The position numbers and the translations under genes were made by a program. The notes beneath the pieces are model-generated. The model was not told the origin of the DNA and did no database searches. It saw only the letters and a program-made list of their open reading frames with translations. This document shows, in pieces, positions 47,565 to 57,341 of a stretch of DNA of 64,000 nucleotides; the stretch's first letter is position 1; every line of letters starts with the position of its first letter. Source of the DNA: Clostridiaceae bacterium (GTDB taxonomy: Bacteria; Bacillota; Clostridia; Saccharofermentanales; DTU023); NCBI GenBank assembly GCA_012838475.1, contig DUPE01000195.1:15748-79747 (forward strand). The letters run 5' to 3'.

Positions 47565-48968
47565 ATGACTGCAAAAGATATGTCCTATCAAGGAGTAATG
47601 GGCCGCAGCGATGAAATCGTATTGAAGGCTGTCGGTATCGATTACGATAAATATGAGCTGGAAGGTGTGGCTTTCGACTACGAAAAACTGATGGCTGATG
47701 TTGACTACTCCATCGAAGAAGTTTGTGAAATTCTTAATGACATGGAAGTAGGCAACACTCCTCTGCTCGAGCTCAAAAATATTACAAAACTTGCTGCTAA
47801 GATCGGCGGTCCCGGTAAGGGCGCCCGCATTTTCATCAAGGATGAAGCTTCACAGCCTTCAGGCAGCTATAAAGCGCGCCGTGCTGCTCTCGCAGTATAT
47901 GAAGCAAAGAGACTCGGTTATAAGGGCGTTATCGCCGCTACCAGTGGAAACTTCGGCGCTGCCGTAGCCTGTATGGCTGCAAAGCTGGGTCTAAAATGCA
48001 TTATTGTCCAGGAGTGCTATGACAGCCGCTTTGTCGGTCAACCGGAAATCCTGGAGAAACAACGTGCTTGTGAAGCTTTAGGTGCCGAGGTTGTGCAGCT
48101 GACGGTAGGCCCTGAGCTCTTCTATGAGCATCTGCGTCTGCTGGAAGAGACCGGCTTCTATAATGCTTCTCTCTATGTACCGCAAGCGGTAACCGGTGTT
48201 GAAACTCTAGGCTGGGAGATCGCCCATCAGTGTCGTGAGATCGTTGGGAAAGACCCCGAATATGTTTTGGTTACTAATGCCGGTGGCGGAAACCTTACCG
48301 GAACAGCCAGAGGTCTGAAGAAGGCCGGCGCTAAGTCTAAGATCTACGCTGCGTCCGTCGATCTTTCAGGCTTGCATATGGCTTCTGACAAGGACTTCAA
48401 CAGAAAATCCTTTACCACAGGTCATACCGGGTTTGGTATTCCTTATGCGACACTGCCTGACAGAACAGACGTCTCCCGCAGTGCCGCCCGTCCAATGCGT
48501 TACATTGAAGAGTATCTCCTGGTTACACAAGGCGAAGTCTTCTACGCGACAGAAATGCTTGCTTCTCTTGAAGGCCTCGAGAGAGGACCTGCCGGTAACA
48601 CATCTCTGGCAGCAGCCATTGCTCTTGCTGCTACCCTGCCTGAAGACAATGTTATTGTAGTTCAGGAAACTGAGTACACCGGTGCTGGTAAGCATCCGAT
48701 GCCGCAGTTGACCTTCGCGAGACAAAATGGCGTCCAGATCCTCTTTGGAGATCCGGAAGACGAGGTTCCCGGCAAGAACATTATTCTGCCGTCAGACCCA
48801 ACTAAGATCAAGCTGCGCTACAGCGACATGAAGCGTCTGCATCTGTCTACCCTCAAACGTATTGCTACAGAGGATAGGGAGTATTCTGAAGTTGAGCTGC
48901 TGTACATGGCGGATGAAGTGAACAGCAGTGTTGATGAAGTAAAAGAACTGCTCGCTGAACTGTTTTAA
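47565..48968 (+). CDS. ortB: 2-amino-4-ketopentanoate thiolase beta subunit (PLP-dependent, Trp-synthase-beta fold)
   Basis: 467 aa. SQPSGSYKARRA (PLP lysine) and ATSGNFGAAVA. The ATG abuts the ord-ortA stop. Confidence 0.7.
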   Translation: MTAKDMSYQGVMGRSDEIVLKAVGIDYDKYELEGVAFDYEKLMADVDYSIEEVCEILNDMEVGNTPLLELKNITKLAAKIGGPGKGARIFIKDEASQPSGSYKARRAALAVYEAKRLGYKGVIAATSGNFGAAVACMAAKLGLKCIIVQECYDSRFVGQPEILEKQRACEALGAEVVQLTVGPELFYEHLRLLEETGFYNASLYVPQAVTGVETLGWEIAHQCREIVGKDPEYVLVTNAGGGNLTGTARGLKKAGAKSKIYAASVDLSGLHMASDKDFNRKSFTTGHTGFGIPYATLPDRTDVSRSAARPMRYIEEYLLVTQGEVFYATEMLASLEGLERGPAGNTSLAAAIALAATLPEDNVIVVQETEYTGAGKHPMPQLTFARQNGVQILFGDPEDEVPGKNIILPSDPTKIKLRYSDMKRLHLSTLKRIATEDREYSEVELLYMADEVNSSVDEVKELLAELF

Positions 48969-48990
48969 TAATTTTTATGATAACGAAGTT

Positions 48991-49012
48991 GCCTGGGGGA
49001 ATTCCCCCGGGC
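48991..49012 (+). terminator. GC-rich hairpin between ortB and oraS (possible internal attenuator or processing site)
   Basis: gcctgggggaattcccccgggc: 9-bp stem and 4-nt loop, followed by cttcttcc. There is no clean U-tract. Confidence 0.35.
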
Positions 49013-49061
49013 TTCTTCCTATCTAAAGAACTAATTGTTCGCAAGAAACAAGGAGGAACAA

Positions 49062-49427
49062 ATGGCAGAAAGAAAAAGTTTCGAGGAACGTCGCCAACAC
49101 CTTGCCAAGATGACTGATGAAGAACTTTTCCAGTATTTCTGGGAACTGACAGACAAGGTTGTTGAGCCGATGGTCCAGGAAGGACGCGAAAATACCACCC
49201 CTGCAGTTGAGCGCAGCGTTTTGTTGCGCATGGGCTTTTCCAGTTTGGAAGCTGCCCCGATCGTTAACGGTGTTATGGAACGCGGCTTGATGGGCAAAGG
49301 CTGCGGAAATATTATTTGGCGCCTTAGTAAAAAGCTTGATATGCCCTACCGTGAAGTAGGTGTAGGTCTGGCCAATGGCAAGTACTGGGATGAAGTGCCC
49401 GGTCTGTTCGCGGAGGTGGCACAATGA
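49062..49427 (+). CDS. oraS: D-ornithine 4,5-aminomutase small subunit OraS
   Basis: About 121 aa (FEERRQHLAKMTDEELFQYFWELTDKVVEP). AAGGAGG RBS before ATG 49062. Confidence 0.75.
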   Translation: MAERKSFEERRQHLAKMTDEELFQYFWELTDKVVEPMVQEGRENTTPAVERSVLLRMGFSSLEAAPIVNGVMERGLMGKGCGNIIWRLSKKLDMPYREVGVGLANGKYWDEVPGLFAEVAQ

Positions 49428-51673
49428 GTAACGAAAAAGGAAAAGTAGTGCCAGCCAGGGAGACCAATATAAAATTGGATCCTGACAAAAAAATAGATTT
49501 AAGAGAAATCCTTGATGGCTTGGAAAATTATCATTCTCCACGCCGCCCATGGCATTGGCGCGATAACAGAAATGTTGAGCGTAAGATTGGTGATTTCGTC
49601 TATCTGGAAACTTCCGAATCGCTGAAGAATTCTGTACCCCTGCCTGGCAGCCGTGGCTTTGGTCACATTGACCCGCAACCTGATTGCGTAATCACGACAG
49701 AGATAGCTTCGGGACGTTTTGAAGACGATATTAGACGTATGCGTATGGCTGCATGGCAAGGAGCTGACCACATCATGGTTATCAGAACCGCCGGTCAGTC
49801 CCATATCGATTCCCTGTTGGAAGGAACAACTCAAGGTATCGGTGGTATCGCAGTAACTCGTAAGCAGTGCCGTGCAACCAGAAGAGCCTTGGATCTTATT
49901 GAAGATGAAGTTGGCCGTCCTATCAATTACCACTCTTATGTATCCGGCGTAGCGGGTCCTGATATTGCCGTAATGTTTGTTGAAGAGGGTGTCTCAGGTG
50001 TTCACCAGGATCCTCAGTACAACGTGCTTTATCGCAATATCAATATGCGTCGCAGCTTTATTGATGCTTGTGAGAGTAAGAGAGTTTTGGCTTATGGCGG
50101 TATGGTGCAGATTGACGGTGCTCATAATGCTAATGCTACCGCAATGGAAGCATGGAAAGTAATGCCGGAACTGATGGTTCAACACGCCATTAATACCAGA
50201 TTCTCAGAGAAATGCGGTATTCTGGCTGAGAACATCGCTCTATCCAGTGTGCCGCCTACAGCTCCTCCGGCCCCCTGTATGCGTCTTGACCTTCCATATG
50301 CTGTGGCATTGCGTGACTTTTTCCGTGACTATAAGATCCGTGCTCAGCAGAATACCAAGTACATGGAGTCTGAGACCCGTGAAGCGACGGTTACACATAC
50401 ACTCAATATGATGATTTCACGTCTGACTTCTGCAGACATCCAGTCCACAATCACTCCGGACGAAGGTCGTAACGTACCTTGGCATTATTTCAATGTCAAT
50501 GCTGTCAATACAGCTCGTCAGGCTCTGAACGGTATGGATGGACTGCGTACTATGGTTGATATCAATCGTGATGGTCCTTTGGGCGAAAATGTCAGAGAAC
50601 TTAAAGAGAGAGCAATCCTCTTCATGGAAGAAATCCTGGAAGTAGGCGGATATTATGACGCCGTAGAAAAAGGATTCTTTGTTGACTCTGCGGAATATCC
50701 TGAGCGTAACAACGATGGTATCGCACGTGAACTCGATGGCGGAATCGGTGTCGGCGCAGTCTATAAAAGGGATGAGGATTACTTCTCTCCTGTCAGCGCT
50801 CACTTTGGTTACAATAATGTACCGGCAGAGTTTGATAAGCCTGAAGATGCAATCGGCGGTGATACATTCTCTGATCCTTCCAAGATTCAGTTCATCGATG
50901 AGCTTGATGAAGGCGATAATGTTAATGTCAGACTGGATGAGCTCTCCAAATATGATGAGCATCCTAATCTGATCCGTCCGGAAGTTGAATTCCGTTCTGA
51001 CGGCGTTGTCGTTCTTACCCTTCTGCTTCCTACCGATGAGCGCAGAGCTGAATATGCGGCTATAGCGCTGGGTGAAAAGCTGGGCCTCAAGGAATGCACA
51101 GTAATCCACAAACAGGTTATGCATCCCGCCGAAGGCACTTATATAGAGATGAAGGGTATTGTGGACTTCGACATTGATCTTGACACTCTGGTTATTCCTG
51201 AGAAGATTGAGACTTTGTCGGAGAAGGAGGTCCGTGCGGATATCCAGGCGAAACCGATGACAATTGTGGCAGGTACAGTTGGCGAAGACGAACACTCCGT
51301 CGGTCTTAAGGAAATTATTGATATTAAGCATGGCGGTATCGAAGGCTTTGGTATTAGATACCACTACCTTGGTACATCTGTTCCGATTGAGAAACTGGTT
51401 GACGCCGCGATCGAAACAAATGCGGATGCCATATTGAGTTCTACTATCATTTCGCATAATGATATCCATTATCAGAATATGAAAAAACTCCACGATACCT
51501 GTGTTGAAAAGGGTATTAGAGACGAAATCATCCTAGTTGGTGGCGGTACTCAAGTAACAAATGAAGACGCGGTGAAGGCAGGCGTAGATGCAGGCTTTGG
51601 CCGTGGCAGCCATGGGATTGATGTTGCCAGCTTCCTGGTGAAGAAACGTAGGGAAATGGAAAATGAAGGTTGA
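49424..51673 (+). CDS. oraE: D-ornithine 4,5-aminomutase large subunit OraE (B12- and PLP-binding)
   Basis: 749 aa. The C-terminal B12-binding Rossmann domain carries the DxHxxG motif (EDEHSVGL). The start overlaps the oraS stop (ATGA). Confidence 0.8.
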   Translation: MSNEKGKVVPARETNIKLDPDKKIDLREILDGLENYHSPRRPWHWRDNRNVERKIGDFVYLETSESLKNSVPLPGSRGFGHIDPQPDCVITTEIASGRFEDDIRRMRMAAWQGADHIMVIRTAGQSHIDSLLEGTTQGIGGIAVTRKQCRATRRALDLIEDEVGRPINYHSYVSGVAGPDIAVMFVEEGVSGVHQDPQYNVLYRNINMRRSFIDACESKRVLAYGGMVQIDGAHNANATAMEAWKVMPELMVQHAINTRFSEKCGILAENIALSSVPPTAPPAPCMRLDLPYAVALRDFFRDYKIRAQQNTKYMESETREATVTHTLNMMISRLTSADIQSTITPDEGRNVPWHYFNVNAVNTARQALNGMDGLRTMVDINRDGPLGENVRELKERAILFMEEILEVGGYYDAVEKGFFVDSAEYPERNNDGIARELDGGIGVGAVYKRDEDYFSPVSAHFGYNNVPAEFDKPEDAIGGDTFSDPSKIQFIDELDEGDNVNVRLDELSKYDEHPNLIRPEVEFRSDGVVVLTLLLPTDERRAEYAAIALGEKLGLKECTVIHKQVMHPAEGTYIEMKGIVDFDIDLDTLVIPEKIETLSEKEVRADIQAKPMTIVAGTVGEDEHSVGLKEIIDIKHGGIEGFGIRYHYLGTSVPIEKLVDAAIETNADAILSSTIISHNDIHYQNMKKLHDTCVEKGIRDEIILVGGGTQVTNEDAVKAGVDAGFGRGSHGIDVASFLVKKRREMENEG

Positions 51674-53021
51674 TGTTCTGGTAGCCGAGATTGGCAGTAC
51701 CACGACAGCAGTCAATGCATTTACAGGACTAAATAGCGCTAACCCTGCCCTGATCGGGCAGGGTGTAGCGCCTACTTCTGTGGAGGCAGGAGACGTAACT
51801 GTTGGTCTGAAAGAAGCAGTATCGGATCTCAAGGACCAACTGGATATTGATGAATTAAGCTGGGATCATATGTTTGCTTCCAGCTCTGCTGCGGGTGGGC
51901 TCTCAATGACGGTACATGGACTCGTTTATGATATGACCGTTAGAGCAGCTAAAGAAGCGGCGCTTGGCTCCGGCGCTGTTTTACGTCATGTAACAGCCGG
52001 TAAGCTCAGAAGAACTGACATCGCTAAAGTCAAAGAGATAGCGCCAAATATTATTTTAGTTGCCGGTGGCGTTGACTACGGTGAAAGAGATACCGCGCTT
52101 TATAATTTCGAGATGCTTGCCAGAGAGGTACCCGGTATTCCCATTATCTATGCAGGCAATATAGAGAATCACGATGAAATCCGCTTGATTGCGGAAGAAT
52201 TGGGCACTGAAGTTTTTTATGTTGAGAATTGTTATCCTTGCATTGACCAACTCAACATAGAGCCAACTCGCATCATTATTCAAGATGTCTTTGAAAAACA
52301 TATCATCCATTCCCCAGGGATGGAAAAGATCCATGAAATGGTTGACGGTACCATAATGCCCACTCCTGGAGCTGTTATGCAAGCGGCCAAAATGGCAAAT
52401 GAGAAGTTTGGTGACTTGATTGTGTTTGACGTTGGCGGAGCTACCACAGACTTGCACTCGGTTACAGAAGGAAGTCCTGCGATTCAAATGATTTTAATGG
52501 CTCCGGAGCCATTTGCAAAAAGAACAGTTGAGGGTGATCTGGGGGTCTATGTCAGCCGCAAGAATATTTTGGATCAAATATCAGAACGCGAGCTTGAAGA
52601 GTGCTTCCCCGATAAAGAATACTATTTAGAACACGCCTCTGAAATCCCCACTGAGCAAGGCGAGATTGAATTTGTCGAACGACTGACTGAGTTTTGTTGC
52701 AGGCTGGCTCTGAAGAGACATGCAGGGATTATGACCGAGCTTTATACTGCTCATGGCCGCAAAGTAACTGCGATAGGCAAAGATCTGACAGCTGTCAAAA
52801 CCATAATCGGCACAGGTGGTGCTCTGACCAGATTGCCGCATAGCGTTGAAATATTAGAAAGACTGCGGGTGCGCGAGGTTATTAAAGAGCTTTATCCCAC
52901 GACAGAAGCAGTTGTTAAAATTGATCATTACTACATAATGGCTTCATTGGGAGTTTTGTCTACCCAATTTCCTGAAGCCGCAATACTCTTGCTACAACAA
53001 TCTATGGATGTAAAAAACTGA
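51663..53021 (+). CDS. GlmL/MutL-like protein (putative B12-aminomutase reactivase or chaperone)
   Basis: The N-terminus VLVAEIGSTTTAVNAF and an ASKHA-like fold (FDVGGATTD). It overlaps the oraE end. Confidence 0.6.
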   Translation: MKVDVLVAEIGSTTTAVNAFTGLNSANPALIGQGVAPTSVEAGDVTVGLKEAVSDLKDQLDIDELSWDHMFASSSAAGGLSMTVHGLVYDMTVRAAKEAALGSGAVLRHVTAGKLRRTDIAKVKEIAPNIILVAGGVDYGERDTALYNFEMLAREVPGIPIIYAGNIENHDEIRLIAEELGTEVFYVENCYPCIDQLNIEPTRIIIQDVFEKHIIHSPGMEKIHEMVDGTIMPTPGAVMQAAKMANEKFGDLIVFDVGGATTDLHSVTEGSPAIQMILMAPEPFAKRTVEGDLGVYVSRKNILDQISERELEECFPDKEYYLEHASEIPTEQGEIEFVERLTEFCCRLALKRHAGIMTELYTAHGRKVTAIGKDLTAVKTIIGTGGALTRLPHSVEILERLRVREVIKELYPTTEAVVKIDHYYIMASLGVLSTQFPEAAILLLQQSMDVKN

Positions 53022-53044
53022 AAAACTATTCTGCGGGAGGAAAT

Positions 53045-54106
53045 ATGAGAAATCCAACTTTATATATTGATCGCCAAAAGTTAATGCATAATGTTAAAAG
53101 TATGCTTAAATTGGCGGAGAAAGCTAATATCCAAATTCATTTCGTCACTAAAGTCTTTTGCGCTTTCAGGCCCATGGTGGAAGCTATGGTAGAGGCCGGA
53201 GCTACATTGCTGGCGGACTCCCGTTTAGAGAATATTGCAAAATATGAGAATTTGGGCGAAAATCACCTATTGCTACGCATGCCAATGATCTCGGAAGCTG
53301 CCGATGTAGTCCGCATTTCGCATATGAGCCTGAACTCCGACTTAGACGCCTTGGCTGCCTTGTCTGACGCTGCGTCCGCTCAGGGTAAAAGGCACGGCGT
53401 AATCCTAATGACTGAGATGGGGGATCTGCGCGAAGGCTTTATGCCTGAAGAGCTGCCTGACGCTGCCGGTAAAGTGCTCAACCTCAGAGGCTTGGATCTG
53501 ATGGGAATTGGTGCAAACTTCAACTGCTATGGTGGCGTTATACCCGACGAGCCCAAATTAAATGAGCTAATCGATCTGGCAAAATCTATTGAAGATCGTT
53601 TCAATATCGAGCTCCCCATAGTCTCAGGAGGTAACTCCGGATCTGTTTATCTGCTTGAAGAGGGCAGATTACCGGAAGGCATCAATCATCTGCGTTTAGG
53701 TGAATCCTGGATTTTGGGCTGCGAGACTTCTTACGGTAAGCGCGTTGCCGATTTGTACAGCGATGTTTTCACCCTTGAGGCTGAAGTAGTTGAATGTCGC
53801 CGTAAACCATCACTGCCGTATGGTTTGCAAGGACCGAATGCCTTTGGAGAGTACCCTGTTTATGAAGACAGAGGAGTGATCAGACGTGCAATATTAGCTA
53901 TCGGCAGACAGGACTGCCCTTGTGAGTCACTTACTCCCAAGATGACTGGTATTGATTATTTGGGATCGTCTTCTGACCATATGATCCTGGATGTCAGCGA
54001 CTCAGTCAAAGAGATCAAAACAGGTGACATGATACCCTTTGGGGTTGACTACGGTTCCTTGCTGGCCGCAATGACATCTCCATATGTGCGTAAAGTAATG
54101 GTTTAA
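53045..54106 (+). CDS. orr: Ornithine racemase (alanine-racemase-fold PLP enzyme)
   Basis: 353 aa. N-terminal TIM-barrel lysine (HFVTKVF). The assignment also rests on its position at the end of the ornithine cluster. Confidence 0.65.
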   Translation: MRNPTLYIDRQKLMHNVKSMLKLAEKANIQIHFVTKVFCAFRPMVEAMVEAGATLLADSRLENIAKYENLGENHLLLRMPMISEAADVVRISHMSLNSDLDALAALSDAASAQGKRHGVILMTEMGDLREGFMPEELPDAAGKVLNLRGLDLMGIGANFNCYGGVIPDEPKLNELIDLAKSIEDRFNIELPIVSGGNSGSVYLLEEGRLPEGINHLRLGESWILGCETSYGKRVADLYSDVFTLEAEVVECRRKPSLPYGLQGPNAFGEYPVYEDRGVIRRAILAIGRQDCPCESLTPKMTGIDYLGSSSDHMILDVSDSVKEIKTGDMIPFGVDYGSLLAAMTSPYVRKVMV

Positions 54107-54180
54107 TCACTGTTAATCCGGCAGGAGAATTTAGATATATTCGATAAGGAATATACCCTGCCATTCCTGAGGTTTTAATA

Positions 54181-55353
54181 ATGGATCATAAAATAGACTT
54201 TTCTTCTCAAGACTGGCTACAGCAACGCACTTATGCCAGAGTAGATCTTTCAGCTCTAAGGAATAATTATCGTTCTTATAAACCATATATGGGTTCTGAA
54301 ACCGGTTTTATCGCAGTTATCAAATCCGATGCCTACGGACATGGAGCTGTCCCCTGTGCACAGGTCGCCATTGAGGAAGGCGCAACAATGCTTGCTGTTG
54401 CGGCATTGTCTGAAGCGGTGATTTTACGTGAGGCTGGCATCAGGGAGATACCGCTCCTGATTCTTGGATATACTGATCCGAATTTGACGGAATATCTTCT
54501 GGCTTATGATTTGATACAAACAGTCATAGATTCTGGCAGTGGTCTGGAATACGCAAAGCAGGCGACAAAAATCGGTAAAAAGTTGACAGTCCATATTAAG
54601 CTGGATACGGGCATGACTAGAATAGGCTTTTCAACTGTCCCGCAAGAGCTCAAAGCCAGCGCCGATGAAATAGTTGGGCTAAAGAACCAAGAGTCGCTGA
54701 TTTTGGAAGGACTTTTCACCCATTTAGCTACCGCCGAGAGTGATCCGGCTTATGCGACTTTTCAATATCAATCTTATCAGAGGATGAACAAGGAGCTGAC
54801 TGAGCGTGGAGTTGGTTTTCGCTATCGCCACGTCTGCAACAGTGCGGGGATGATACTCTATCCGGATATGCAACTGGATCTGGTGCGTCCGGGGATTACT
54901 CAATTTGGATCCTATCCTACAGATGCCTTCAAGAAGCTTTTGCCTTTGCGTCCGGTTATGAATCTATATTCTCGCGTGGTGCAGACAAGGAATGTCGATA
55001 CCGGTACAGGTGTTAGTTACAGTTTGCGCTGGAAAGCACCTGGCCCAAGCAAGCTGGCTGTGATACCGATTGGTTATGCAGACGGGCTCCACAGATTGTT
55101 ATCTAACAGAGCTTCCTTCCTTATTAATGGTAAGCTCGCTCCTGTTGTAGGCAGCATTTGCATGGATCGATGCATGGTGGATATTACGGATATTCCTGAA
55201 ACCAAAGTAGGTGACAGGGTATTGATTTTTGGTGCTGATGAGACGGGATCTATCCCGGTCGAAACTGTTGCCCAACAAGCGGAAACGATCTCTTATGAGA
55301 TTTTATGTGCTGTCTCTCCCAGAGTAATGCGGGTATATGTAGACGGAAAGTAA
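54181..55353 (+). CDS. alr: Alanine racemase
   Basis: AVIKSDAYGHGA (PLP lysine), RPGITQFG, VSYSLRW, ICMDRCMVD. Confidence 0.9.
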   Translation: MDHKIDFSSQDWLQQRTYARVDLSALRNNYRSYKPYMGSETGFIAVIKSDAYGHGAVPCAQVAIEEGATMLAVAALSEAVILREAGIREIPLLILGYTDPNLTEYLLAYDLIQTVIDSGSGLEYAKQATKIGKKLTVHIKLDTGMTRIGFSTVPQELKASADEIVGLKNQESLILEGLFTHLATAESDPAYATFQYQSYQRMNKELTERGVGFRYRHVCNSAGMILYPDMQLDLVRPGITQFGSYPTDAFKKLLPLRPVMNLYSRVVQTRNVDTGTGVSYSLRWKAPGPSKLAVIPIGYADGLHRLLSNRASFLINGKLAPVVGSICMDRCMVDITDIPETKVGDRVLIFGADETGSIPVETVAQQAETISYEILCAVSPRVMRVYVDGK

Positions 55354-55440
55354 ACCGACTCTTTATCTAGACGAGGTAGTCGGAAAGGGTGACGACGAAG
55401 ATAGTATATGTAGACGGAAAGTAAACCGACTCTTTATCTA
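55333..55440. repeat. 37-bp exact direct repeat (71-bp period). The first copy is the alr 3' end plus its stop codon. A degenerate half-copy lies between.
   Basis: gtatatgtagacggaaagTAAaccgactctttatcta occurs at 55333-55369 and 55404-55440. A related gtagtcggaaagggtgacgac lies at about 55376. Confidence 0.9.
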
Positions 55441-55881
55441 CATTTAGTAACTGTTATGTGATTTGTCTAAGGCGTATCTTGGTCTAAAAGATCCTTTGAC
55501 TACTATCCCGGGGATCGAAAGACAGGATATGCCTTTCTGTAAATAAAATAAAAATCAGGCAACTAATATCCCTGACAAGTGACAATGGCCGGGAGGGGTT
55601 CCGGCCATTGCGTGAATTGAGAAGCAGAACAATATATACATCCGATAACTCGTTATAATTCTAGCAAGCAGTATTTATGAAGTCAAGCAATATGTTTATT
55701 TTTTTTAATATCTACGTATTTTTATACTGATATTTTGACAAAAAGTAGATATTATTCATATTAATGTGCATAACGTTTGGATGAATTATGTCATAATCTG
55801 TCAGTTATTCAGCAAATCTTCTTGCTTGATTTCCTTGTTATCGCTTAGTATTGGATCAATTATTATTATGGAGGATTAGTT

Positions 55882-56223
55882 ATGCGAGATGTAGAAAATC
55901 TTTCCGGTGAAGAGCTCGCCGCAAGGCACGCAGATTACCATTTTGGTATGCTGGATTCGATATATGATTTAGTTAAACATCGCGAGGAGTTCCCCATAGA
56001 GGGATCCTATACCAATTATTTGATCAATAAAGGTTCGGATTATATCCTGAAGAAGATCGGCGAGGAGTGTACTGAGACCATAATCGCCTTCAAAAATCGT
56101 AATCATGATGAATTGGTGCATGAGATATCCGATCTGCTCTATCACCTGACAGTAGCACTTGCTCACTTCAATGTTGATTTAGATACAATTTTCGAAGAGC
56201 TGATTGAGAGACGCAGTCTTTAG
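55882..56223 (+). CDS. hisE: Phosphoribosyl-ATP pyrophosphohydrolase (HisE, MazG-like), stand-alone
   Basis: EGSYTNYLINKGSDYILKKIGEECTE...ELVHEISDLLYHLTVAL. GGAGG RBS. Confidence 0.8.
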   Translation: MRDVENLSGEELAARHADYHFGMLDSIYDLVKHREEFPIEGSYTNYLINKGSDYILKKIGEECTETIIAFKNRNHDELVHEISDLLYHLTVALAHFNVDLDTIFEELIERRSL

Positions 56224-56288
56224 TCACCGAGACTAATAGATTAATAAGCGTTTGTCATCGGAGAATCCCGTATCATGTGGAGACGACT

Positions 56289-57089
56289 ATGAATAAGAAC
56301 ATCAAAATTGCTGAGGTTGTACCGGATATTGTCCAATGGTGCAGGGATCAACTGTCCACATCAGGCGGTGATCAAGCTGTAATTGGACTTTCCGGCGGTA
56401 AGGATTCAACAGTGGTAGCTGCCTTGATGGCGGAAGCTATCGGAAAAGAACAGGTATTTGGACTGATACTCCCCGATCAAGGGCAAAACGATCTTGATAC
56501 TGCGATTGAGATAGCTCGAGAGTTAGAAATTAATTATCAGGTTTTGGACATTTCGCCTATTACTTCAGCTATACGGCTCCAAGTCGCTAAAGCCATAGAA
56601 TCCGGTCTTATTGCTGAAGAAAGCGAACAAACTCGACTTAACTTACCTCCGCGTGTTCGTATGACAGTTTTGTATGCAGTGTCTCAGTCAATACTGGGGT
56701 CACGAGTGGTTAATACTTCCAATTTATCTGAGGACTGGGTCGGTTATGTGACTCTATATGGCGATTCGGCAGGGGCTTTCGCCCCGCTAGGCATGTTGAC
56801 CTCCGCAGAAGTGATCGCTTTGGGTGAAGCGCTAGGAGTATCGGAACGATTTCTCAAAATACCTCCTGCAGACGGTCTCACCGGCAAAACCGATGAAGAT
56901 GTATTCGGATTTAGTTATGAGCAGCTTGACAAGTATATTCGAACCGGAGAAATCACGGATAAAAACGCTCGTGAGAAGATTGACCGCATGCATCGACTGA
57001 GTCGATTCAAGTTTCAAGCAATGCCGATGTTTCAACCTCACTTTGATATTGGGGCGGATGACATTGCCGGCATCTATGACGTTGATTAA
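56289..57089 (+). CDS. nadE: NH3-dependent NAD+ synthetase
   Basis: PP-loop GLSGGKDSTVVAAL. The ORF is open from GTG 56277; I prefer ATG 56289, which follows GGAGA. Confidence 0.85.
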   Translation: MNKNIKIAEVVPDIVQWCRDQLSTSGGDQAVIGLSGGKDSTVVAALMAEAIGKEQVFGLILPDQGQNDLDTAIEIARELEINYQVLDISPITSAIRLQVAKAIESGLIAEESEQTRLNLPPRVRMTVLYAVSQSILGSRVVNTSNLSEDWVGYVTLYGDSAGAFAPLGMLTSAEVIALGEALGVSERFLKIPPADGLTGKTDEDVFGFSYEQLDKYIRTGEITDKNAREKIDRMHRLSRFKFQAMPMFQPHFDIGADDIAGIYDVD

Positions 57090-57312
57090 ATCCGGCTATA
57101 TACTTAATCCAAATAGCAGGATTTCATTCTACGGAGGAAACATCAGCTTGTAAAACTAACTGCTGTATCTCCTAGGAGAGGGGATAAGTTCTAAGAGTCT
57201 CTACTTTTCTTTTCAGAGTTGACTGCTACTCTATTTTTGTAAACGAAGTGCTACTAGATGTGCAGCAGTTACTTTTGCAATTAAACTTCAATTGAGTAAT
57301 CCCACGATCAAA

Positions 57313-57341
57313 TTGACAAAGAAAGCCTCTTGTGATATCCT
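57313..57341 (+). promoter_or_regulatory. Candidate SigA promoter for rpmG-secE-nusG
   Basis: -35 TTGACA (57313-57318), 17-bp spacer, TGa-extended -10 TATCCT (57336-57341). Confidence 0.45.

Noticed and set aside
50417-51493. 358-aa ORF on the - strand inside oraE.
   Set aside because: It is a shadow ORF antisense to a strongly supported B12-dependent mutase gene. Its composition is odd (Ile/Phe/Asn/Arg-rich) and I see no homology.
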